From IMG/VR virus record IMGVR_UViG_3300045988_130106, positions 1-32,000 of that record: a DNA stretch of 32,000 nucleotides; one strand, written 5' to 3'. Shown here in pieces: positions 1 to 8,218 of the stretch (positions are counted from its first letter, which is position 1; every line of letters begins with the position of its first letter). The position numbers were made by a program, and so were the translations under genes. Origin of the DNA: a virus. Under the pieces are notes generated by a model. The model searched no databases and had not been told where the DNA came from. It saw nothing but the letters and a program-made list of their open reading frames with translations.

Positions 1-604
1 CTGATAAACCATGACCTCTACCCTTAAATGGAAGATATGGATTTAACTGCTCATCTCCCATTGTAATAATAATTCCTTTTCTTCCACGATTTAAACAATC
101 AAGCTTTGTGTGACGAGAACCGAAATACCATGCTGCTGTATAGGATTCATAACTGTTTCCACCACCGCCAAATTCAAAATAAATCTTATCAAGCTGTTCA
201 GCAATACGAATATCTGATTCAAACTGTGAAGCCTGAATTGGACAGCTATCACAAGCCAAATCACCAATACCCATGATAAGGAACTCAACATCTGTAACCT
301 TTTCATATAACTTAGTCATAATTACATTTAACTTCTTTGCCACTTCAACAGCAGCCTGTCCCATAGAACCAGTTACATCAAGTGCAAGAATAACAGGAAT
401 TGTGTTTGGATGTTCCTCTGTATCGCAACACTCTCTAATGACATTCTTAGGATCAAGTGCAGAATCAATATTCCTTGCCTTAAACATATCCTGATTAGAA
501 TAAGAACCGCTAATCATACCATCCGTTGAAACACTCATACCTTTTGCTGTTGAATAACCTACATAACTATCTCTTGTCCATAAACCACATCCCATATTAT
601 GCAT
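1..604 (-). CDS. VWA (von Willebrand factor A)-like domain protein, C-terminus runs off the left edge
   Basis: Minus-strand reading frame open from ATG at 604 (upstream AGGAGG) to the window edge. Translates MHNMGCGLWTRDSYVGYSTAKGMSVSTDG...NTIPVILALDVTGSMGQAAVEVAKKLNVIMTKLYEK..., with a MIDAS-like DxTGSMG. Confidence 0.8.
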   Translation of the reverse strand, partial: MHNMGCGLWTRDSYVGYSTAKGMSVSTDGMISGSYSNQDMFKARNIDSALDPKNVIRECCDTEEHPNTIPVILALDVTGSMGQAAVEVAKKLNVIMTKLYEKVTDVEFLIMGIGDLACDSCPIQASQFESDIRIAEQLDKIYFEFGGGGNSYESYTAAWYFGSRHTKLDCLNRGRKGIIITMGDEQLNPYLPFKGRGHGLS

Positions 605-1214
605 CCTCCTCTTCTACATCTTCATCATTTTCTGTATCAACGTCCATATCAAAATCGAATAATCCGTCAAACATATTACCCATATTACCACCCATCATCA
701 TAAGTGGAAGCATAGAACTCATACCATTACCACTCATCATACTAGAAGCATTTCCATCACTCTTCATCATCTGAGACAGCATCATATATTTAAAGATATT
801 ATTTGTGCCTTTCTTTCCCTTAAGAATATCACTGCCAAACATAGATACAATCTTTCCATAGAAATATGTATTACCCATAAAAACATGTCTTTCTGGAAGA
901 ATAGTTTCCACAGTAGAATCTTCATAATTAATAACTGTAATTTTAGTTTTATCTGCTTCGATAACACATTTGGGCTTACCATTAACCAGGATAATATCTC
1001 CTGCTTCTACTTTATTAGTTGGAATAACAAAGAAAAACTCTTCACCAATATCAAATACAAAATTGCTACAGTTTGTAAGTTTGCCAGTCTTCACATTGTA
1101 TGTTTTATATCCATTTGATGTTTTAACTGCAATGCCACCATTCATGAAAAGTCTACACATACCACTTCCTACTTTACCAAACATACCGTTTAAAAAATTG
1201 TTCATCATAATCAT
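597..1214 (-). CDS. hypothetical protein with Met-rich region and acidic C-terminus
   Basis: Complete 205-aa ORF, RBS AAGGAG, stop overlaps the start of the VWA gene (translational coupling). Confidence 0.8.
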   Translation of the reverse strand: MIMMNNFLNGMFGKVGSGMCRLFMNGGIAVKTSNGYKTYNVKTGKLTNCSNFVFDIGEEFFFVIPTNKVEAGDIILVNGKPKCVIEADKTKITVINYEDSTVETILPERHVFMGNTYFYGKIVSMFGSDILKGKKGTNNIFKYMMLSQMMKSDGNASSMMSGNGMSSMLPLMMMGGNMGNMFDGLFDFDMDVDTENDEDVEEEDA

Positions 1215-1253
1215 TTTCTCCTTTTATTATATTAAAATTTGTTTTTTACCTTT

Positions 1254-1601
1254 TTAGACACATCCACCACAGCTACTATGTCTCCAATCGTCCTCATTGA
1301 TTGCATAGAATACGCACTTCTGAATATCTTTGTCTGCAACGATCTTATTGAGCCAATAGCCATTGACTTCGATCCAATCTTCACATTTCAGACCATCGTT
1401 ATAATATTCCCATTCTTCACGATAATCTTCATTAAAATGCCATTTTCGATATGATTTATATGTATTCATGTCATCTTTTCTCAGATTTTCTGGAATTTTA
1501 TCTGAAACATCTTCTCCATCTACTTTTAATGTCCATTTGCCATGGCACAGGCATGGCCATTCTCCACTCCATTCAGCTTCTGCATTTCCAACCTTACCCA
1601 T
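1254..1601 (-). CDS. hypothetical protein
   Basis: 115-aa ORF, GGAGG RBS just upstream, tightly packed with neighbours. Confidence 0.75.
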   Translation of the reverse strand: MGKVGNAEAEWSGEWPCLCHGKWTLKVDGEDVSDKIPENLRKDDMNTYKSYRKWHFNEDYREEWEYYNDGLKCEDWIEVNGYWLNKIVADKDIQKCVFYAINEDDWRHSSCGGCV

Positions 1602-1610
1602 AGTGACCTC

Positions 1611-1784
1611 CTAATGTAAACTATACAATGCACCGCAAAAAACAACTGCACTAATGGAGGCACCTAATCCATATAATCCAGCATTACCTCCACACTTGTT
1701 CAATAATCCCATAAAAGTAACATACATAATAAATCCACAAAGATATAATCCAGAACCAATTAATCGTTTTTTATCTTTTCTCAT
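1611..1784 (-). CDS. small membrane protein, hypothetical
   Basis: Not in the supplied track. Reads MRKDKKRLIGSGLYLCGFIMYVTFMGLLNKCGGNAGLYGLGASISAVVFCGALYSLH* with hydrophobic segments; GGAG RBS. Confidence 0.6.
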   Translation of the reverse strand: MRKDKKRLIGSGLYLCGFIMYVTFMGLLNKCGGNAGLYGLGASISAVVFCGALYSLH

Positions 1785-1793
1785 GATGGTCTC

Positions 1794-2417
1794 CTATTCT
1801 ACTTCTAACATTAATTTAACTGCTTTGATAATTTTCTCTTTGTTGAAATTGTTCATATTAGCTTTCCAGAACCAATATACTGATACAAGAAACTCTTTAT
1901 AATTTTCCCGACTGAAATATGTATCATCTTCCGCTTTTTCAACATAATTTGCAACCAACATATCGATTAATTCTTCATCTCTATATTCTCTTTTTTCCTG
2001 ATGAAAGTCAGATTTCTTCAGGTCGTCTGGATTAGCAAGTTTGGCTTGTTTCCAATTTACAGTAAGGTTTTCTCCGTCATCTGACCAAGATGTGGCGCCG
2101 CTGTCAAATGCAATAACATTTCCATCCTCATTAATCCCAGCAAAATATCTTGGTATCCATTTATCAGTTTCGTATTCTCTTACCAATACTGGCGTATCTA
2201 TTGGTACTTTACTCCAATCCACATTTTCTGCTGGATCTTTGTATTCAGATACGAGCCATTTCTGTGATTTTAAATCACACTCTTCATTAAAAATACATTC
2301 ATTGCAAGACGAAATTTTATCACAGCTTGTTACCTTACAATCTTCGGTGACACTAATAACCTTTCCTTCATTCCAGATTTTATCGATCTCATCTTTATAC
2401 TTTTCGTAATTTGTCAT
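1794..2417 (-). CDS. hypothetical protein
   Basis: ORF 1794..2477. The start near 2417/2423 (MTNYEKYKDE...) is preferred because of the AAAGGA upstream. Confidence 0.75.
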   Translation of the reverse strand: MTNYEKYKDEIDKIWNEGKVISVTEDCKVTSCDKISSCNECIFNEECDLKSQKWLVSEYKDPAENVDWSKVPIDTPVLVREYETDKWIPRYFAGINEDGNVIAFDSGATSWSDDGENLTVNWKQAKLANPDDLKKSDFHQEKREYRDEELIDMLVANYVEKAEDDTYFSRENYKEFLVSVYWFWKANMNNFNKEKIIKAVKLMLEVE

Positions 2418-2513
2418 AATCATGTTTTCCTTTGCTATATTTTTAGAAATAGGTTGATTAGTTATGACACCAACCAACCCTAGTGTATTGTTAATCTAAC
2501 TCGATAAAATCTA

Positions 2514-2900
2514 TTAATCTAATTCAGCAAGAGCTTTATCCAACTCTTCATCGGACATATTCTCTAATGCAGCATCCTGTCTCTTTGCTTTGATTTCCAG
2601 GAGTCTTTGTTTCATTTCCTTATTCTTCTTGGCATCTTCTCTTGCCTTAATCTCTTCCAGCTTAACACCAACAATATATTTTACAATTTCAATCTTCTCG
2701 GAAAGTTCTTCATCTTCCTTTGACTTAGTATGCAGAAGACTTTCTTCTTCGGTTTTCTTTACTTCTGCGTTAAGCGCCTTAAACACAGAATCCAGATTGG
2801 TTAATGATAAGCTCCAAAGATCAATAACATTTACCATCCCTCTGAATGGAAACTGAAAATTCTCACGGGTTGCCTTTACAAATAATTCATTGTTCGTCAT
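2514..2900 (-). CDS. hypothetical coiled-coil protein
   Basis: 128-aa ORF, AGGAG upstream, charged helical composition. Confidence 0.75.
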   Translation of the reverse strand: MTNNELFVKATRENFQFPFRGMVNVIDLWSLSLTNLDSVFKALNAEVKKTEEESLLHTKSKEDEELSEKIEIVKYIVGVKLEEIKAREDAKKNKEMKQRLLEIKAKRQDAALENMSDEELDKALAELD

Positions 2901-2920
2901 AATAATATTCTCCTTTATTT

Positions 2921-4984
2921 TTAAAATTTAATCTTCATAATACGCTCAGTTGCACCCTTAACTTTAACAACTAAATCTGCTCTCTTTGTCATAGAGAATC
3001 CAATTCCTGAAAGCTGATTATCAGTATTTTCTACATGACACTTAGCACCTAATGCTTCAAATACTCTCTTGTGTTTCATTAAATCATTGTCTAAAAATTC
3101 AAGATAAAATCCATTTGGTTCTTCGGTATTTACACAATCCTTCAGGAAGAAGAATAAATGTCTATGACCAATTCCATCCTGCTCATCAAAGTAATTTGGA
3201 CTGTAACTAATTACTGATACAGGGACAAACTGATTTGTATTTACACCCCAAATCTCACGACTTGAAATAGATGAATTGCCTGCTAATTTCTCTTTAATTG
3301 AGAAGTTGCCATTGGCATCAAGTGTTACTTCTGCAACCTGAACATCACCACGCACAGGCTGATTATATTCAAATGCATAAATCTCACCATTAAACTCAAC
3401 TTCTGCCTTGAATCCCTTACTTCCTCTCGCTGCATACTGATTAACAAAAAACTTATAAACACCTGGTTTCATACGTGACATATCTTCCCATGTAATATTC
3501 TCTACTGAAGGTTTACCTTTCATCTGTTCCATTGGTCTAGTAATGTCAATATCAAGCTGCCCACCCATCCTAGACATCTGTGGTTTCCTGCAATTGCTAA
3601 AATAGATTTCATTACCATCTGGTTCAATACAATGAGCATCAAGATCGCTATTATCATTTTGTGCCTCGTTCCACATGATAGAAAATCTAAGCACACCGTC
3701 AACATTACCTCCTGCAGCTTTAACATTTTGTTTCATGTCTGAATCAGTAATATTACCACTATAGGCCCAGGATAAACCGTTGTTCCATTTAAACATAGTT
3801 TTGGCATCTGGATTTACTGGTGCGATCAACGATACAAAGTTCTTCTCATGTTTATTCTCTACAAATGCCTCAATTTCTTTTGCAGTTGGAAGTACCTTAT
3901 CAATGAAATCCTGTGCAGAAATCTCTTCTACTTTTGAAAACTTCTTAGGACTTACAGCAACATCATTTTCCATCTGGCCAAAAATATCATCTGCACCAAC
4001 CATTCTTCTTGCAGCACTCTTATTTGAGAACAGAACATTATTTACTGAAATATCATTCAAAGTTGCAAATCTTCTCTGTAATGAATCCATATATCCAAGT
4101 TCTGTAATGGTATTCTTTGCATCCTCTAACATCTTTTTAGTGAAAATAGCCTTTGGACGCTTATAATTGCTCGGTGCTACAATCTGCTCATACTTTTTAA
4201 CTGCTAAATCGAGATCCATATCTTCGCTGATATTCACAAGTAAAGTACCAATAGAATGGTTTCTAATACGGCCAATCGCCATACCCGCTTTAATAGATTT
4301 TTCCCAAGTGTACAGAGCCTTATCTGTTGCTGTTGTTAACTTGTCATATTCCTTTTTGTATTTCTTGAACTCAGTCAGAGCAGTTTCCCATTCCTCACCT
4401 TTATATAAAGTATTGGAATTGATTAGCTCTAAAACTGTATCAACTGCATCCATGGTAATCTCATCCAAAGAACGCTTAAACACATTTCTGGTATCACGGA
4501 ACTGACCTTTGATTTCTTCATTAGAAGAACTAGTGCGATTTATAAATTTATCTGGAAGTTCCAGGAAGAAGTGATCCCATCTATGAGCCTTACTATCAAT
4601 CTCTTCAAAATTGTGATCAGTTCCAATCTGTTTGAACTCACTCATGTAAATGTCAGAAACTGCATGAGATTTTACAAAGGTATCAAGTGCATCAGTAACC
4701 GTCTGATATGTAGGATCATTTAATTTAAGCTCCCAAATTGTATGTACCTGTCCATCCTTAATAATGATTGCCGCTCCAATACTTTTAATAAAATGTCTGC
4801 AGCAACTACAATCGTGTTCTGTTCTCTCACGAAAAATAGGATTTGTTCCTGCTGGAAAACTATTCAGATAAGTGTTCCACAGCTCATCCTTATCGACCAA
4901 TACCTCAAATAATTTGTCTGCATCTTTCTGCATTTCATTAAAATGTGCCTGTAAAGCTTTTTTAAATTCCATAAATCCATCCAT
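2921..4984 (-). CDS. 687-aa protein with C-terminal DUF2135/YfaP-like region
   Basis: LRFSIMWNEAQNDNSDLDAHCIEPDGNEIYFSNCRKP...GGQLDIDI...ENITWEDMSRMKPGVYKFFVNQYAARGSKGFKAEVEFNG resembles the DUF2135/YfaP pattern. N-terminal Cys cluster EHDCSCCRHF. RBS AAGGAG. Confidence 0.8.
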   Translation of the reverse strand: MDGFMEFKKALQAHFNEMQKDADKLFEVLVDKDELWNTYLNSFPAGTNPIFRERTEHDCSCCRHFIKSIGAAIIIKDGQVHTIWELKLNDPTYQTVTDALDTFVKSHAVSDIYMSEFKQIGTDHNFEEIDSKAHRWDHFFLELPDKFINRTSSSNEEIKGQFRDTRNVFKRSLDEITMDAVDTVLELINSNTLYKGEEWETALTEFKKYKKEYDKLTTATDKALYTWEKSIKAGMAIGRIRNHSIGTLLVNISEDMDLDLAVKKYEQIVAPSNYKRPKAIFTKKMLEDAKNTITELGYMDSLQRRFATLNDISVNNVLFSNKSAARRMVGADDIFGQMENDVAVSPKKFSKVEEISAQDFIDKVLPTAKEIEAFVENKHEKNFVSLIAPVNPDAKTMFKWNNGLSWAYSGNITDSDMKQNVKAAGGNVDGVLRFSIMWNEAQNDNSDLDAHCIEPDGNEIYFSNCRKPQMSRMGGQLDIDITRPMEQMKGKPSVENITWEDMSRMKPGVYKFFVNQYAARGSKGFKAEVEFNGEIYAFEYNQPVRGDVQVAEVTLDANGNFSIKEKLAGNSSISSREIWGVNTNQFVPVSVISYSPNYFDEQDGIGHRHLFFFLKDCVNTEEPNGFYLEFLDNDLMKHKRVFEALGAKCHVENTDNQLSGIGFSMTKRADLVVKVKGATERIMKIKF

Positions 4985-4985
4985 A

Positions 4986-5339
4986 TTATTTATCTCCTTT
5001 TAAATATTTTCCTTTATGATATTTCCCAGCTACATTATGATTTCTTACATCTTTCTCAAATTCTTCTGAATATGGAACTGAATATGCATAAGCTCCACCA
5101 AAATACACCTGGCAATCTTCATCCTCTACAATAGGAATAAACACATAAGTTCTCTGAGTGGTCATTGCTGCACCGCCCATACTTTCAAAGCCACCACTTG
5201 TATTACCCCATAGTTGCGTAAAAGTTTCCATTTCAAAATCATTAATATTATTGTCATCATAATTTTTTAAATGATAAGGAAATTCTTCATGAATTGCTAA
5301 AAGTTCTCTTGCAATCTGTATTAAATTCAATTCACCCAT
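4986..5339 (-). CDS. hypothetical protein
   Basis: 117-aa ORF directly upstream of the 687-aa gene in the same apparent operon. Confidence 0.7.
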   Translation of the reverse strand: MGELNLIQIARELLAIHEEFPYHLKNYDDNNINDFEMETFTQLWGNTSGGFESMGGAAMTTQRTYVFIPIVEDEDCQVYFGGAYAYSVPYSEEFEKDVRNHNVAGKYHKGKYLKGDK

Positions 5340-5370
5340 TTTATTCCACCTCTCAAAATATCGTTTTTAT

Positions 5371-5634
5371 CTACTCAAATATTCTCTTAATCCTTTCGAT
5401 AATTCCGGCTTCCGTCTTTATTTTTACAACACTTACTTCATGAAAGCATTTATAATTAAGGTCATGAAGTAATTCCATTAATTCACCGTTATCTTTTATT
5501 CGAATCGTAACTTTAGGATAAATTGATGCATTGTGTTTTGTTCTTAGAATTTCAACATTATGTTCGCTCAATACAGAAAAAAATATTCTGCCGTCTTCTG
5601 CATAATCCACGTATCGTAAAATCGCTTTCATCAT
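5371..5634 (-). CDS. hypothetical protein
   Basis: 87-aa ORF in operon context. Confidence 0.65.
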   Translation of the reverse strand: MMKAILRYVDYAEDGRIFFSVLSEHNVEILRTKHNASIYPKVTIRIKDNGELMELLHDLNYKCFHEVSVVKIKTEAGIIERIKRIFE

Positions 5635-5645
5635 TCTTCACCCAA

Positions 5646-6536
5646 TCAACGCTTCCTAATTTTCTCAAACATCTCATCTACCGAGTCTAATAGATCATAT
5701 CTCTGATCCATTGGTGCAGTTGAACTCTTGGCAAATTTGCGTTCAACCATATCAATAAAATATGTAAATTCAGAATCATCACCCATATAGAATTCATCCC
5801 ATTCTTTCTGGCTCATTAAACGTCTTACTTTAAGCTGATCGATGGCGAGATTATCAAAACTGACTACTTTAAACTTATCGATCACATCTGGTAGATTTTC
5901 GTATAACCATTTCTGTTTTTCTTCAATATCTTCACGATGACTATTATAAAAATCATCACCTCTACGCAGGTGCTTATATCCAAGAATTAACATCTTCAAA
6001 TTATTATTCTCCAAAGCCTGTACATCTTCTGCGCTCAAAATACCATTGATCACATGGATAACTGCATTTGGATATTCTTTGATTAAATTGATAAAATGTT
6101 CTGTTGGATTTACAAGCGATACGCCAAGACCATAGATAAGTTTTCTTCCTGTTAATTCTTTAATAAGTTCTTGATTCTGTTCAAAATGAATCTGATTCAC
6201 TGTAACATTTGTAATTACTTTTCGTGCTTTAAGTCTATATAAGAATGGAATTAAATCAGGATGTTCAAGAATATTTCCGCCACCAATTGCAACTTCCTGA
6301 TACGGATGAAGTGTTTCAATAAATTTTTCATCTAAGATATTTCCAAGTTTTCCATCTGGAATACTACCTTCGTGACAGAACTTGCAACCGGCTGAACATC
6401 TATTACAAATTTTGATATCCATATTCTCTGCAAACGCTGGAATAAATTCATCATCTTCTGTCTCTCTAATTTTTGTGCCGTCACTCAAAATCGTGGTTTT
6501 AAAATTACCATTTTTATATCTTCCTAATAATTCCAT
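5646..6536 (-). CDS. radical SAM domain protein
   Basis: 296 aa with CxxxCxxC (CSAGCKFC in NRCSAGCKFCHEGS) and the following VAIGGGNILEHP glycine-rich segment. Confidence 0.85.
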   Translation of the reverse strand: MELLGRYKNGNFKTTILSDGTKIRETEDDEFIPAFAENMDIKICNRCSAGCKFCHEGSIPDGKLGNILDEKFIETLHPYQEVAIGGGNILEHPDLIPFLYRLKARKVITNVTVNQIHFEQNQELIKELTGRKLIYGLGVSLVNPTEHFINLIKEYPNAVIHVINGILSAEDVQALENNNLKMLILGYKHLRRGDDFYNSHREDIEEKQKWLYENLPDVIDKFKVVSFDNLAIDQLKVRRLMSQKEWDEFYMGDDSEFTYFIDMVERKFAKSSTAPMDQRYDLLDSVDEMFEKIRKR

Positions 6537-6559
6537 TCTTAAAATCCTCCTAAATTAAA

Positions 6560-6973
6560 TCAACCATCATATCCGTATTTACCAAATGCAACAATTTTAT
6601 CTCCACTTTTACTCGTATATCTACCTACAAATGTTTCAAGATTGCTATCTTGCCACTCCTCATAGGTTTTGGCATTCTCGTCTACAATATTGTTCTCTTT
6701 TGCATATTTGGTATAATACTTTTCTTTTGCAGATTCTGACAAGTCTGACCAATCTTTAGAAAATTCATCTTTATGATTTTCATAATCTTGTGCTGCATAT
6801 TTCTTATCATCATCCGATAAACTATTTGCTTTCACAAACGACTCAGAACCCCATTTATCAAAAAGAAGTTCACCTTTCTTCCACTGTTCAAATTCTTCCT
6901 CACTACACATTGTCAAACTATGTGTTGAACTGCTATTTGATTCGAATACACCACGCCTAATTTGTCTTTTCAT
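6560..6973 (-). CDS. FE(T/S)NSSSxHS-motif paralog 1, hypothetical
   Basis: Start MKRQIRRGVFESNSSSTHSLTMC at 6973 with GGAGGG RBS. The longer track ORF start at 7102 overlaps the neighbouring gene. Confidence 0.75.
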   Translation of the reverse strand: MKRQIRRGVFESNSSSTHSLTMCSEEEFEQWKKGELLFDKWGSESFVKANSLSDDDKKYAAQDYENHKDEFSKDWSDLSESAKEKYYTKYAKENNIVDENAKTYEEWQDSNLETFVGRYTSKSGDKIVAFGKYGYDG

Positions 6974-6989
6974 ATAATTTCCCTCCTGA

Positions 6990-7388
6990 TTAATCGAAAC
7001 CATAATACCCAAACGCCACGATACTATCCCCACTCGGAGTAACCATTGTTTCTTTGTAACCCTCATAACATTCTTCACAATACACATCCCAGAAATAATC
7101 ATAGGTTAAGAACCCATTATCTCTAAGAATGATATCAACATCATGCTTATTATTCCAATCAACATCACTGTTAAATCTTGATGTTTTTTCAAAAGCAATT
7201 GCTTCATCTCTTGTATAAAAATTATTCTCTTCTGGTTTGTTATCTTTTGAATAACCAAATCCCCATCCCATACATAATAAAAGCTCTCCATTTTCCCATC
7301 TGTAATAATCTGCCTCTGTACACATTGTAATTGAATGGCAGCTTGATGAATTAGTCTCATAAACTCTACGTCTAATCTGTTTCTTCAT
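6990..7388 (-). CDS. FE(T/S)NSSSxHS-motif paralog 2, hypothetical
   Basis: MKKQIRRRVYETNSSSCHSITMCTEADYYRWENGEL..., similar to paralog 1 through the N-terminus and the C-terminal SGDxIVAFGxYGxDG. Confidence 0.75.
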   Translation of the reverse strand: MKKQIRRRVYETNSSSCHSITMCTEADYYRWENGELLLCMGWGFGYSKDNKPEENNFYTRDEAIAFEKTSRFNSDVDWNNKHDVDIILRDNGFLTYDYFWDVYCEECYEGYKETMVTPSGDSIVAFGYYGFD

Positions 7389-7407
7389 ATCGTTTTCTCC
7401 CTCACAA

Positions 7408-8109
7408 TTAATCCTCATGATCAATTACATCCATATTTACTAAACCGGCTTTTTTCATATCACCCCAATAGTTATATTCGTCTCCATCGCAAATAGTCAC
7501 ATATTTTTTGCTGGTCAAATATTCTTCTAGTGATATATTCTCTTTTTTAAGGAACCCACTGAGTACATTTTCATCAACACAACCTGTATATGGTTTATTG
7601 AAATGAAAATATCCACTTTCGCTTTCCCAATATTCAATTGTACCAATTCCCCAATCTTTTTCTTTCTGTTCAAGATATTCATTGAGTTCATCTTCGGTTT
7701 TACCGTATGTCTGTGCGTATTCACTATCTTTATTTTCTGGATGATTTTTGTCTGCAAACGAATCTGAGATCATAGGTAGAACAATTTTTTTGAGACCTGG
7801 AACATACTTTAATGCGATTCGTTCAAGTTCTTTATAAATATCATCATTATAATCAAGCACCATTGACGCACAGGCATATAACCATTTATCATGAAAAGTA
7901 CCCAATGCCCTGAATGGACTTCTGCCGAATTCCATATCGTATTCCCATGGTTTCCATACACAGTTTTTCTCCCCTGTTTCATGATCATGAAGCCAGAATC
8001 CATCAGAAAACTCTTCTAGTGTATAAATACTTCCATTCTTCATAACACAAAGCGAATGTTGACTTGATGAATTTGTTTCGAAGACGCTCATTCTAATCTG
8101 CCTCTTCAT
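7408..8109 (-). CDS. FE(T/S)NSSSxHS-motif paralog 3, hypothetical
   Basis: 233 aa, MKRQIRMSVFETNSSSQHSLCVMKNGS... Confidence 0.75.
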   Translation of the reverse strand: MKRQIRMSVFETNSSSQHSLCVMKNGSIYTLEEFSDGFWLHDHETGEKNCVWKPWEYDMEFGRSPFRALGTFHDKWLYACASMVLDYNDDIYKELERIALKYVPGLKKIVLPMISDSFADKNHPENKDSEYAQTYGKTEDELNEYLEQKEKDWGIGTIEYWESESGYFHFNKPYTGCVDENVLSGFLKKENISLEEYLTSKKYVTICDGDEYNYWGDMKKAGLVNMDVIDHED

Positions 8110-8135
8110 ATTTTGTGTTCCTCTCTTTCTATATA

Positions 8136-8181
8136 TACTATATATTGTGTTATTATATTTATTATACTACTATATATTGTG
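8136..8181. repeat. 14-bp direct repeat TACTATATATTGTG (8136-8149 and 8168-8181)
   Basis: Two exact copies 32 bp apart in the AT-rich gap between the IscB gene and paralog 3. Confidence 0.7.
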
Positions 8182-8218
8182 CTTAAATCACGATGAAATT
8201 TCGATTTCATTATGTATT

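Noticed and set aside
6974-7102. Extended N-terminus of the 6560..7102 ORF
   Set aside because: It overlaps paralog 2. The MKRQIRRGVFESNSSS start at 6973 has a GGAGGG RBS and matches its paralogs.
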